NCBI GenBank assembly: GCA_009914755.4
Contig: CP086569.2
Span: forward strand, 23,936,001-24,000,000
DNA: 64,000 nucleotides
Direction of reading: 5' to 3'
Source of the DNA: the human T2T-CHM13v2.0 reference genome, Homo sapiens
The translations under genes were made by a program, and so were the position numbers. Below, piece by piece: positions 15,236-27,109 of this stretch (position 1 is the stretch's first letter; each line of letters begins with the position of its first letter). The notes under the pieces were generated by a model. It did no database searches. It saw only the letters and a program-made list of their open reading frames with translations, and was not told where the DNA came from.

Positions 15236-15679
15236 AAAAATAGTGAAACCAACAAGGCTGTGAATGGGCCTGAATGAGACCCATGGCATCCAGTTGGTAT
15301 CCTTGCTAACAACAAGGAACCATCTTGTGGGTCTGGACTAGGGAGAAGAATCTGGTGACTTCCTCAACTTTAGAGTCTGTTACTAATAGGAGAAGCAGCC
15401 AGTGGAGAGGAGGACACTTGGGATGGGGCTTTGAACCTTGGGTTCAAAGAAGAACTTGGGTTCTTCTTTGAACCTTGAGAAGAACCTGCATGGATGACAG
15501 ACATATCAAGAAAACATGGGGCAGAGTCCCAGCACTTCCTTGTCTCACTGATTGTTTGGATTAAGCTAAAGTGATTTCAATCACTATTCAACAAACAAAA
15601 AGGTACCAAGACCTTTCAGTGGGGGAAAGAATTGTCTTTAATGATGCTGGGACAACTGAATATCCAAATGCAAAAGAAG

Positions 15680-17085
15680 AAAGTCGAGACCCTACTTCAT
15701 ACTATATAAAATGTTAACTCAAGATGAATCAATAACCTAAATATAAAAGCTAAAACTGTACCCCTTCGAAGAAAACACAGGTGTAAATCTTCTTCAAAGT
15801 GGATTCAGCAATAGATTATTACATATGACACCAAAAGCATGAAAAACAAAAATAGATAAATTATATTTTGTCAAAATTTTAAAATTTTATGCATCAAAGG
15901 AAGGACATTACCAAGAAAGTAAAAATCCAGCCTACAAAATGGGTGAAAATAATTGTGAATCATATTTTAATAAAGATCTAGTATTGAGAACATACATATA
16001 AACAACTTTTAACAACTCAACTACAAAAAACCTAACAATCCAATTTAAAAAGGAGCAAAGGACTGAATAGATATTTCTATAAAGAATATATACAAATGGC
16101 AAACAAACATGTTTTACAAATGTTCAATACCATTAGTCAGTAGGGAAATGCAAATAAAGGCCACAATAAAGTATCACTTCACAGCCTCTAGGATAGCTAT
16201 ACTTTTTTTAAATGGAAAATTAACAAGTGCTGGTGAGAAATCAGAACTTGTACATTGCTGGTTATAACGTAATATGGTTCAGCTGCTGTGGAAAACAGTT
16301 TGGCAATCTCTCAAATGATTAAACACACAATTACCATACGACCCTTAAGTTCATTGCTGTGTATACACCCCAGAGAATTAAAAATCGGAACTCAACAAAA
16401 AATAACAGATGCTAGTGAGGTTGCAGAGAAAAGGGAACCCTTATACACCATTGGTGGAGTGTAAATTCATTCAACCCTTATGAAAAGCGGTACGGCAATC
16501 CCTCAAACAGCTAAAAGCAGAACTGCCATTCGACCCAACAATCCAATTACTGGGAATATACCCAGAGGAATATAAATCATTCTGCCTTAAAGACAAATGC
16601 ACACAAATGTTCATTGCAGCACTATTCACAATAGCAAAAACAAGGAATCAACCTAAATGCCCATCAATGACAAATTGGATAAAGCAAATGTGGTACGTAT
16701 ACACTATCAAATACTACGTAGCCATACAGAAAGAACAAGATCATGTCTTTTGCAGGAAGTGGATGGAGCTGGAGGCCATTATCCTCAGCAAACTAGTGCA
16801 GGAACAGAAAACCAAATACTGCATGTTCTCACTTATAAGTGGGAGCTAAATGATGAGAACTTGTGAATACAAAGAAGGAAACAACAGGCACTGAGGCGCA
16901 CTTCAGGCAGGAGGGTGGGAGGAGAGAGAGGAGCAGAAAAGGTAACTGTTGGGTACTGGGTTTAATTCCTGGGTGATGAAATAATCTGTACAACAAACAC
17001 TCCCATGACATGAGTTTATCTGTGTAACACGCCTTCACATGTACCCCCAAACCTAAAATAAAAGTATTAAAAAAGAAGAAAATAG
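15680..17085 (+). mobile_element. LINE-1 ORF2 C-terminal region plus 3' UTR (L1PB-like), poly-A at ~17070
   Basis: ..gtgctggtgagaaatcagaacttgtacattgctggt.. ..cattgcagcactattcacaatagcaaaaacaaggaatcaacctaaatgcccatcaatgacaaattggataaagcaaatgtggtac.. ..acatgtacccccaaacctaaaataaaagtattaaaaaag. Confidence 0.8.
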
Positions 17086-17089
17086 GGAC

Positions 17090-17560
17090 TCATAAATAAG
17101 TACATGTGCACACATGTTCATAGCAGCACTATTTACAATAATCAAAAGGTAGAAACAGCCCAAAAGTCCAGCAGGGGGAATGGATAAACATAATGTGGTA
17201 TATTCACGGAACGGAATATTATTCAACCATGAAAAGGAATGAAGTATTGGATACCTGCTGCAATGTATGCTAAGTGAAGAAAACATGCTAAGTGAAAGCA
17301 GATAAAACATCACATACTGCATGATTCAATTTATACGAAATATCCAGAAAAGGTAAGAGTGCACCTAGGTGGTTTCCAGCGATTGCAGTTGCAGAGGGAT
17401 GGGGGAAAACGGCTTAAAGGTATTTTTACTTCGGCATGATGAAAACATTTTAGAACTAAGATAGAGGTGCTGTTTGTAAGACATTATGAATCTACTTAGT
17501 GCTACTTTAAAATGGTTAATTTCATTATTTTAATTTCACCTCAACAAATTATTTTTTTAA
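17090..17560 (+). mobile_element. LINE-1 3' end fragment (L1M-type)
   Basis: ..catgttcatagcagcactatttacaataatcaaaaggtagaaacagcccaaaagtccagcagggggaatggataaacataatgtggtatattcac.. Confidence 0.75.
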
Positions 17561-19128
17561 AAGATTCTCCATATTCTAAACAAATCAGATCTGTTCTGTG
17601 TAAACCACTGCCTTCTAAGAAAAGGGCATGGAGTGAGATGGGATTGAAGTTTAAGTGACAGAGGAATTTAGGGTGGTAAACTGGGGGGCTCTGCAGTCAG
17701 ACCCCTGACTCTGTAGCTAACTAGCTCTGTGACATTAGGTAAGATATTTTATAGTGTAAGTATTTGTGTTCCCATATATAAAAAATAAGAACAATATATA
17801 ACTTCACTAGGGTGTTGTAAGGATTAAATGAGGGGAGTTACTTAATGCAATTTTGTACAGAGCCTGCTGACACATGGTAAATTTTAGCTCAACCTATTCT
17901 AACTGAATTTTTTTCTCCCTCCAATTTTAAGTTGTCCATTTCGCATTATAGTCCTAGTTATAGCTTTCATAAAGCCCAGTCAAAAATATTTCTGTCTCTT
18001 GGATTAATTAAGAGCAAGGCTGACTAGAAGCCCCTAGAGCTTGTCTCCATCACAGATGCCAGAAAGACTAAAAAAACACTACGTTTTAATGAGAGTAACT
18101 GAAGGAGAGTTCCAGAGAAACTCAGAGGAATAGCAGGAACCCTGATGAGCACAGAAACAGAACAGCCACAAAGAGAATGGAAGGAAATGCCAGGCCTTCA
18201 CCACTCCATCCCCAAATTGAGATAAGCTAGGAACAAAGAGGAACTTCTTCATACAGTGAGGAGGTAAGCAAGAGAACACCAGCAACCCCGATCAACACCT
18301 TGGACATCCACAGACCTCACCATGGCAGAGGTGCCCTACGGTCCTCACAGGCACTACCTAAGCCCACCTGAAGGAGCTGTCTAGAGTTCACAAAGCTGTG
18401 CTCCCTTCAGAGAAGTAGCTAACACTATGTTCTCCTCTGTGGCCCACATGTCTACTGTGCTATACCATCTTGCAGCTAGACCTACGGCTGGAGTGTGTCG
18501 TGCTCAGGGTTCAAGTAGGCACAGGTCCCCTTCATCCCTGAGGCTAAACTGCCACCAAAACACCCCCAGCCTAGTGACTGAACATCCCCAAGGTGAGCTA
18601 TAAGCATCTCTTACACACTTCTCCTGGGGCCAAGTGGAGGTGGAGCTGATCCACCTACTCTTCCCCTAACTCCTCAGGCCAGATCTGAAACAGTACCCTG
18701 CCTCCAAGAAAACAATACCTTAGTCACTTTGAGCAGTCATGCCTCCCTGTGCCTAAGTTTTAGCAGTGCCCTGTATCCCAGAAAATGGTCTCTGGGCCAC
18801 CTGGGGAATCAGTGCCCTGGCCAAGCTGAGCTAAACTGCTGTAGTACCTTGCATCACAGAGAGGCAAAACCGTGGCTGAACTGAGACAGTCTGCCCTACA
18901 GGCCAAACAACTCTAGTATCCTAATTCCCTGGAGAGCTGGACTAGCCACCAAGAGCGGGAGCTGCTGAGACACCCCTCTCCCTGGAAAGTAAAATCATCA
19001 CAGTGCTGTTTCCTGCCTAACAGGGCCCAAAGGACAGCTGTGCTCCACTATTCAGGGTACTTGCTACTGCTACACCTGGCCTCACAGAATCTGGAATACT
19101 GCTGACTCCACCATCACAAGGTCTAGAG

Positions 19129-19208
19129 TCACTACTACTGCCACTACAACAACTATTACTACTACAACTACAACAACTACAACAACTACTACTACTACTA
19201 CAGCTACA

Positions 19209-19243
<35 letters not shown>

Positions 19244-19260
19244 CACTACTACTACTACAA
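19129..19260. repeat. Imperfect (TAC)n/(ACT)n trinucleotide tract (~130 bp) inside the old L1 5' region
   Basis: actactactgccactacaacaactattactactacaactacaacaactac...(actact)n..accactactactactacaa. It yields the poly-Val ORF 19082..19486 on the minus strand. Confidence 0.9.
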
Positions 19261-20898
19261 TGGGACCCACATTGCCACTGATACCTATTGGCTTGGGTTC
19301 CTGAATTGCAGCACTACCCTGCTCCCTAGGCCCAAACATCCAGAGCACCCCTTCTTCTCCAGAGTTGGTCCAGTGCTGCTCCCTGGCCACTAGGGATAGA
19401 ATCACAGCTACAACCCAAATCCCTGTAACCAAGCTGCTAGGGGGTACCTCAGAGTCACAGATCCTGGCTCTTTGGGCAACCTGCATTCAACCTCACCACA
19501 GAGAATAAACAGGCACCCCAAGACCCAAGTGCCACACATAGTTCATGAAACCTTGAGCCTAGGACCCTAGCACCATAGCCATTTGGAGCACCTAAACCTG
19601 GAACCCAGCACTGCTATAGCTACTTATAGGCCATGTCAGACCTGAATCCAGAAAGGATACTCTTGTCTAAATCTCCCCAGTGTGTGGAAAATGAGAATGA
19701 AGAAAACCCCCAAAGCCTTTGATATGGAGGTTATTAACAACTTATGCCATCATCACTACCACAAACTTGTATGGCCTAGGCAACTGAGGTACTCACAGCT
19801 ACTGCTGATATTGAATGCAGCCAAAGAAGCTGAATGAGGCCATACCACTTCAACTATCTTGAAAAAGAGTCACTGCACCCTTCTCAACTGGCACACTAAA
19901 ACTCAGATGCACGTGAAAGTCTTTCTCTACAAAAGCAAGAGAAAAGCATCAAGTCACATATAAGGGCATCTCCATTAGACTAGTAGTGGATTTCTCTGCA
20001 GAAGTCTTACAGGCCAGGAGAAAATGAGATGATATAATTCAACGTGCTAAAAAAAAAAAAAAAAAAAAAAGAAAGTTCAGTCAAGAATGCTATTCCCAGC
20101 AAAGCAATCCTTCATAAATGAGGGAGAAATAAAGTCTGCCTAAAGCAAGCAAAAACTGAGGGAGTCCATCAGTGCTAGACTGGCCTTACAAGAAATGGTT
20201 AAGGAAGTCCTACATCTGGAAGTAAAAAGATGATGATCACTATTACAGAGACATATACAAGTATAAAGATCACTGGTAGAGCAGATATACAACAAAAGGA
20301 ATAATAATCAAATCGTATCACTATAGAAATGACCAAACTGCAACGATAAACAATAAGGCAGAAATAAATGAACAAAGGATATACAAAACAACAAGAAAAT
20401 AATTAACAAAATGACAGGAGTAAGTCCTCACCTATCAGTAATACCTTGAATGTAAACAGATTAAATTCCTCACATAAAAGACTTAGGCTAGCAGAATGGA
20501 TTGAAAAAAAAAAAAAAAAATTACCCAACTGGATGCTGCCTACAAGTAACTGACTTCACCTGTAAAGACACTTGTGTGATTACATAGACTGAAAGTGAAG
20601 GAACAGAAAAAGATATTCCATGTGAACCAAAACCAAAAGTGAATTAGAGTAGCTATACATATCAAATGAAACAGACTTCAAGTCAAAAACTGTAAAAAGA
20701 GACCAAAAAGGTCATTATGTAATGATAAAGGGTCCAATTGAGCCAGAGGATATAACAATTGTGAATATATATTCACCCAACATCAGAGCACCCAGATATA
20801 TAAAAACCAAATATTATTAAATCTAAAGGGTGAGATAGACTTCAATATAGTAATAGTTGGGGACTTCCAACACTCACTCTCTGCATTAGACAGATATC

Positions 20899-20932
<34 letters not shown>

Positions 20933-21786
20933 CAGAAACCAACAAAGAAACATTTAACAGGAAATGAATCTGAGACCAGACAGACCTAACAGACATTTCT
21001 AGAACATTTCATCCAATAGCTGCAGAATACACATGCTTTTCATCAGTAAATTCTGCACATGGACTGTTCTTGGGGACAGACCACATGTTCATCCACACAA
21101 TTAAGTTTCAACAAATTTAAATGAACTGAAATCATGGTAAGTATCTTCTCTTAATCACAATGGAATAAAACTAGAAATCGATAACAAGAGTAACTTTTGA
21201 AATTACACAAATACATGGAAATTAAACAACATGCTCCTGAATGAGAAGTCAAATGAAAAAATTAAAACGATAATTTAAAAATTTCTGGAAACAAATGAAA
21301 ACAGCAACATTTGAAAACCTATGCGATACAACAAAGCCATTTTAAGAGGAAAACTTACAGCAATAAATACCTGTATCCGAAAAGTGGAAATAAAATTAAA
21401 AACCTAACGATGCATATCAAGGAACTAGAAAAGTAAGAGCAAACCATGACCAAAATTAGTAGAAGAAAAACATAATGAAGATCAGAGCAGAAATAAAATG
21501 GGGACTATAAAAATACAGAAGATCAACAAAAGAAAAAGTTGGTTTTGTGAAAAGGTAAACAAAATTTGCAAACGGTTAGCTACACAAACCAAGAATAAAA
21601 GAGAAAAAGACTCAAATAAATAAAATCAGAAATGAAATAGGAGACTACCAGAGAAATATAAAGGATCATTACAGACTATTCTGAACAACTATACACCAAA
21701 AAATCAGAGAACCTAGCAGAAAGAAATAGACAAATTCCTGGACACATAAAACCTACCAAGATTGAACCAGTAAGAAATAGAAAACA

Positions 21787-22069
21787 CGGGCCGGGCACGG
21801 TGGCTCACAGCTGTAATCCCAGCACTTTGAGAGGCAGAGGCGGGCGGATAATGAGGTCAGGAGATGGAGACCATCCTGGCTAACACGGTGAAACCCCATC
21901 TCTACTAAAAATACAAAAAAGTTAGCTGGGCATCATGACAGGTGCCCGTAGTCCCAGCTACTCAGGAGTCTGAGGCAGGAGACTGGCATGAACCCGGAAG
22001 GAGGAGTTTGCAGTGAGCCGAGATTGCACCACTGCACTCCAGCCTGGGTGACAGAGAGAGACTCCCTCT

Positions 22070-22101
<32 letters not shown>
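21787..22101 (+). mobile_element. Alu SINE (AluY-like) nested in the older L1 ORF2
   Basis: ggccgggcacggtggctcacagctgtaatcccagcactttgagaggcagaggcgggcgg ... with a 30-nt poly-A tail. L1 ORF2 sequence continues on both sides. Confidence 0.95.
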
Positions 22102-22103
<2 letters not shown>

Positions 22104-25100
22104 AATAGAAAACCTGAACAGACCAATTATGAGTAAGAAGATTGAATCTGTAATAAACAGCCTCCCATCAAATAACTGAGGAACTGAGGGCTTCAATGCT
22201 GAATTACACCACAAATTTAAATAAATAATAGCAATTCTTCTCAAACCCTTCCAGAAAGTTGAAGAGAATTCTTCAAAGTTCATTATTTGAGGTCAGCATT
22301 ACTCTGATACCAAATCCAGACAAGGACACAACAAAAAAAGAAAACTATAGACCAGTATCTCTGATTAACAGAAACGCAAAAAACCTCAACCAAATACTAA
22401 GAAACTGAAACCAACAGCACATTAAAAAGATCATTCCCCATGACCAAGTGGGATTTATCCCAGGGATGCAAGGGATTCATCCCAGTAGAGCAGATATACA
22501 AGGGAGAAAGGAAAAACAATCAAACTTTATCACTACAGGAAAATACTAAACTGCAATGATAAACAATAAGAAAGAAATCAACAAAGGTTATACAAACCAA
22601 CCAGAAAATAATTAACAAAATGACAGGATGTTTCCACATATGCAAACCAACTTAAATATGATACATCGCATTGACAGAGTGAAGAACAAAAACCATGTGA
22701 TCATCTCAATAGATGCAGAAAAAACATTTGATAAAATTCAACAGGGCTTCATGATAAAAACTCTCCACAAGTCAGACGTAAAAGGAATATATCTGAACAC
22801 AATAAAGGCCATATATAATAAACCCACAACCAACATCATACTGAACAGGGAAAAATTCAAAGGATTTCCTCTAACATACGGAAGAGACAAAAATATCCAC
22901 TTCACAACTTTTATTCAGCATAGTACCAGAAGTTCTAGCCACAGCAATTAGGCAAGGGAAAAAAAAGAGCATCCAGATTGGAAAGGAAGAAGTCAAATTG
23001 TCCCTGTTTGCAGATATAAAACCTTTAAAACTCCACCAAAAAACTTTCAGTAGTCATAAATGAATTCAGTAAATTTGTTTGCAGACACAAAACCCTTAAA
23101 ACTCCACCAAAAAAACTTTCAGAAGTGATAAGTGAATTCAGTAAATTTGCAGTACACAAAATTAATATACAAAAACCACTAGACTTTCTGTGTACCAACA
23201 AGCAGCCAGCAGGAAAAAATAATCAAGAAAGCAATCCCGTTTATAATAGGTATAAAAAATAAAATAAAGTATCTAGGAATAAATTTAACCAATGAGATAA
23301 AAACCTCTACAAGGAAAACTATTAAAAAACTTACAAAATAAATTAAAGATTACACAAAAAAGTAGAAAGACACCCCAACCCCATGTTCACAGGTTGGAAG
23401 AATTAATATTGTTAAAATAACCAATTCTGCCAAAAGTGATCTACAGATTTCATGCAATCCCCGTGAAAATGCCAAATACTTCTTCATAGAAATTAGAAAA
23501 AAAAATCATAAAATTCTATGGAACCACAAAAGACTCCAAGTAGCGAAAGCAATACTGAGTCAAAAGAATAAAGCTGAAGGCATCACGCTAGCGAATTTCA
23601 AAATGTACTGCAAAACTGTAGGAGTAACAAAAACAGCATGGCATGTTGAAGAGATCTCTGCACTCTCACGTTTATTGCAGTACTGTTCACAATATCCAAG
23701 ATTTGGAACCAGCCTAAGTATCCGTCAACAGATGAATGCATAAAGAAAATGTGGTACATCTACACAATGGAGTACTATTGAGCCGTTAAAAAGGATGAGG
23801 TCCGGTCATTTGCAGCAACACGGATGGAACCAAGGACATTATTTTAAGTGAAATAAACCAGGCACAGAAAGACAAATGTCTTTATTCTCACTCATATGTG
23901 GGAGCCAAAATAATTGATCTCATGGAGGTAAAGTGTAGAACAGTAGTTAACAGAGGCTATAGAGAGTGAGTGTTGGGGTTGGGGGACGGGAATTAAGGGA
24001 GGTTGTTTACTGGATACAAAAATACAGTTAGAAGGAATAAGTTCTAGTGTTTGACAGCACAGGAGGGTGACTATAGTTAACAATAATTTATTGTGTAGTT
24101 CCAAATAGGTAGAAAATGCTCCCCACACAAAGAAATGATAAATGTTTGAGGTGATGGATATCCCAGTTACCCTGTTTTGATCACCACACATTGCATGGAA
24201 GCATGAAATTGTCACAGATATCCCATAAATGTGTATAATTATTATGTATTAGTAAAAATATTTCTGTATTTTGATTTGGAGAGTCTGCTATCTATGAGAT
24301 AGTATAAAAAGCAATGGCCCAGATGTCAAGTCTCAGTTTCTTATTTATCTGAATCCCAGGGTGTGTAAATTTAAGAAAATCACACCTAAAACCTAGACAT
24401 GTCTAGCACTTCAAAGGAGTTGACGAAGACCAAACGAAATCATATATACGAAGTAGCTCTGAAAACCCTAAAATCCTATACAAATTTCAGGGAGTATGCA
24501 TGTGATGAGAAGAATGGGATATGAAATCCTGCCTGCCACCTCCAGCATTTCATGAAGGAAAAACAGAAATTGTGCTTAGGGAATGCTGGCCTATGTACCA
24601 TTATTTCACTCATTTGTTAGTGTTCTACTCATTCAAGGCCCTCTCAGAAAAAAGGGAACTATTCTAGAAAATATCCTGAAGAGCCTAGCATAATGAGCTG
24701 TTTCCTACTACCAAAGAAGATACGCAAAAGACTACATTTCAGGACACAGTCATTCACCAAACCATGGCTGCTCTATACACAGACCACGTGGGAAGTTCTA
24801 GTTACTGAAATGTAAAGGCTGCAGAAAACTTAGGTGGGTTTGAGTGGGATGCAGGTGGGTAGATCTGTGGATGGGAAGCTAACCACATTGATGTGTTGCC
24901 CCAAATAATCTCATAGTAACACTATAAAGTAGATACTAGTATTGTTGTTTTACAGAGGAGGAAACCAAGACTCAGTGAGAAGCTCGTCCAAGCTTACTCA
25001 GGAAGTATTTGGGGCTGGGATTTAAAGTTCACTCTTTTTTATGACATTCTAGTACCTAAGTGATCAGAGGCATTTAACAATGTTCGTAGGAGCATAGTTT

Positions 25101-27030
25101 GTAACAGCAATCAACGAATCAACACAATTTACATTTAAAATTTTAAAACAAAAAATAAAAGTCAATTGTCCCCCAGCAAGGGAAATAACAAACCGTAAAA
25201 TATTCAACTGATACAACTAAAAAGCAGTGAAAATAAATAGAATCTCCCAGTCAACACGGATGAGTCTAACAATGTGCCAAAAAAAAAAAAAAAAATAGTT
25301 TCAGTATATGTTCTCTTAAAGTTCAAAATATTGTGAAAAGAAACATTTTATTCAGCAGATGATTAAACCAAAATTCAATTTAGGTGGTTTCTTCTTCTTG
25401 GGGAGGAAGAGGGTGTGATCAGGGAGGGCATATTTTTTAATTAATGAAATGTTCTATTTCTCAAGCCAACTTGGGTATTTATTATTCTTTAAATAAATAT
25501 TTTTATACTTTTGAGTGAACTAAATGTGAAATTTTAAAACACAGACATATACAAAAAGAATATGGATATCAAATGCCTAAGGCTGTCTCTGGAACTTGAT
25601 CTCAACATATTTTTTTGATATTGATCTGTTATTATCATTCTTGCTTAAAGGTGTTAAGAGGTATTAGTTAATTCCACAGCAGGAAAAGGAGCAATGACAG
25701 GCCATACTTTTCTAAAAACCATGGGTAATACTATTTGTAAAGTGTGTCAAGTGAGTCAAAGGCATAGTTCTTCACTCCAGGAGGCAAACACAGTGTCTCT
25801 GTCCCCAGGATATCCACTCTGCCCTTTCCCACTCGAGCCTAGTCCCTCACCCTTGGCTTGCCTGCTCTTGGCCTTGGAATCCAGCTTTGCCTCTGTAGTC
25901 ACTCCCTCCTGTCACTGATTTCTGGCCACAAGTCTTGGTTTTCAAACTTTCTATTCAATCTATTTCAGCCCATTCATGAGTCACTCTTGCCTGTGGACAG
26001 CTGGCATTCCCAGGCACGGGCTTGGCAGGGAAAGATGAATTCGGTGAATTAAGCCAACGGAATCCTTTATGAAAGTCATAGTTGACCTGACAGGGCTGTT
26101 TCTATCCTAAATCCAGGGGTAGCTTGAGATGATCTAATGAGAGCTCCCCAACTGAGGCCATATTTCTCAAAGTATGTTACAGTGGTCAGAATCACCTGGG
26201 GCACATGTTAAAAATGCAGATTACTGGGCCCATCCAGAGCATTAGAATAAGAGCATCTGAGAATGGGGCCCAGGATTTGGCTTCTGAAAAACACCCCTTA
26301 TGATAGCTCTGATGCTCTTTGACTTCCCTGTAAAATTGGTATCTTGAGGAAACGTGCCCTATCGAATACTGCGCTGATCTAAACATGGACACAACTTTGG
26401 ATGGTGAGCATATCGGTTTGTCAAAGACCCATCACCAACCAAAATGATGAGCAACAACCAAGTCATGTTCAGGAAAAAAAAAAAAAAAAAAAGTGCAGGT
26501 CACGCTTTCCTCAATATAGTGGGTTTACTGCTTAAACACTGTTCAGATTTTACTCACAGTGAAGCTGCTCCAACACCAGGTAGGGGATCAGCATAGGTAA
26601 AAACAAGGAGAAAAATGTCCTCTGCCTTTTAAATTACCTCTCTCCATTCTTATGGGCCTAGTCAGATTTATGGAGGGTGTGAAGGAGGCGGGAAGAGTCC
26701 TATCAAAATTTTTAAACAAATGTACAAGGGCAGAGGGGACACGTCCACTTAAACAGCTGGCCTGGCTGTATCATTATCAACTGCCTTTCTTCTGGAGTTT
26801 CATCTAAGATTGAGCCAGAATGGAGTGTGTCTCTATCCATGTTATTTTGGGCAAAGACAATAGATGTGATTAGAACCTTAGTGTATTTTTGTTATTCTAT
26901 AAAAAGATCTGATTGAGGGTTATGAAACCTCCAATTTTCCAAAGTGCTTAAAATGTTACTATTGCTTCAAATTTATAAGGAGTGTTCATGACCTGAATAT
27001 CCCAGTCATGCAAGTATTTGTTCTATTGTT

Positions 27031-27109
27031 AAAGACCTAGTGAACCGGTATCTTGAAGTTTCATGTGGAAAAGACCTAGTGAACCGGCATCTTGAAGTTT
27101 CATGTGGAA
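27031..27109. repeat. Two-copy ~40-bp tandem duplication
   Basis: aaagacctagtgaaccggtatcttgaagtttcatgtggaa followed by aagacctagtgaaccggcatcttgaagtttcatgtggaa (one mismatch). Confidence 0.9.

Larger units (their letters stand above)
18030..24245 (+). mobile_element. Older near-full-length LINE-1 (L1PB / old L1PA-like, ~6.2 kb including nested Alu), degenerate
   Basis: 19690-20040 resembles the end of ORF1. ORF2 start ..atgacaggagtaagtcctcacctatcagtaataccttgaatgtaaacagattaaattcctc.. at ~20420. RT piece 22628..22951 (..[24 protein letters not shown]..). 3' UTR ..ggtgatggatatcccagttaccctgttttgatcaccacacattgcatg.. There is an internal tandem duplication at 22985-23140. Confidence 0.75.

Noticed and set aside
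19082-19486. 134-aa ORF with a long poly-Val run (minus strand)
   Set aside because: Translation artefact of the (TAC)n microsatellite inside an old L1.
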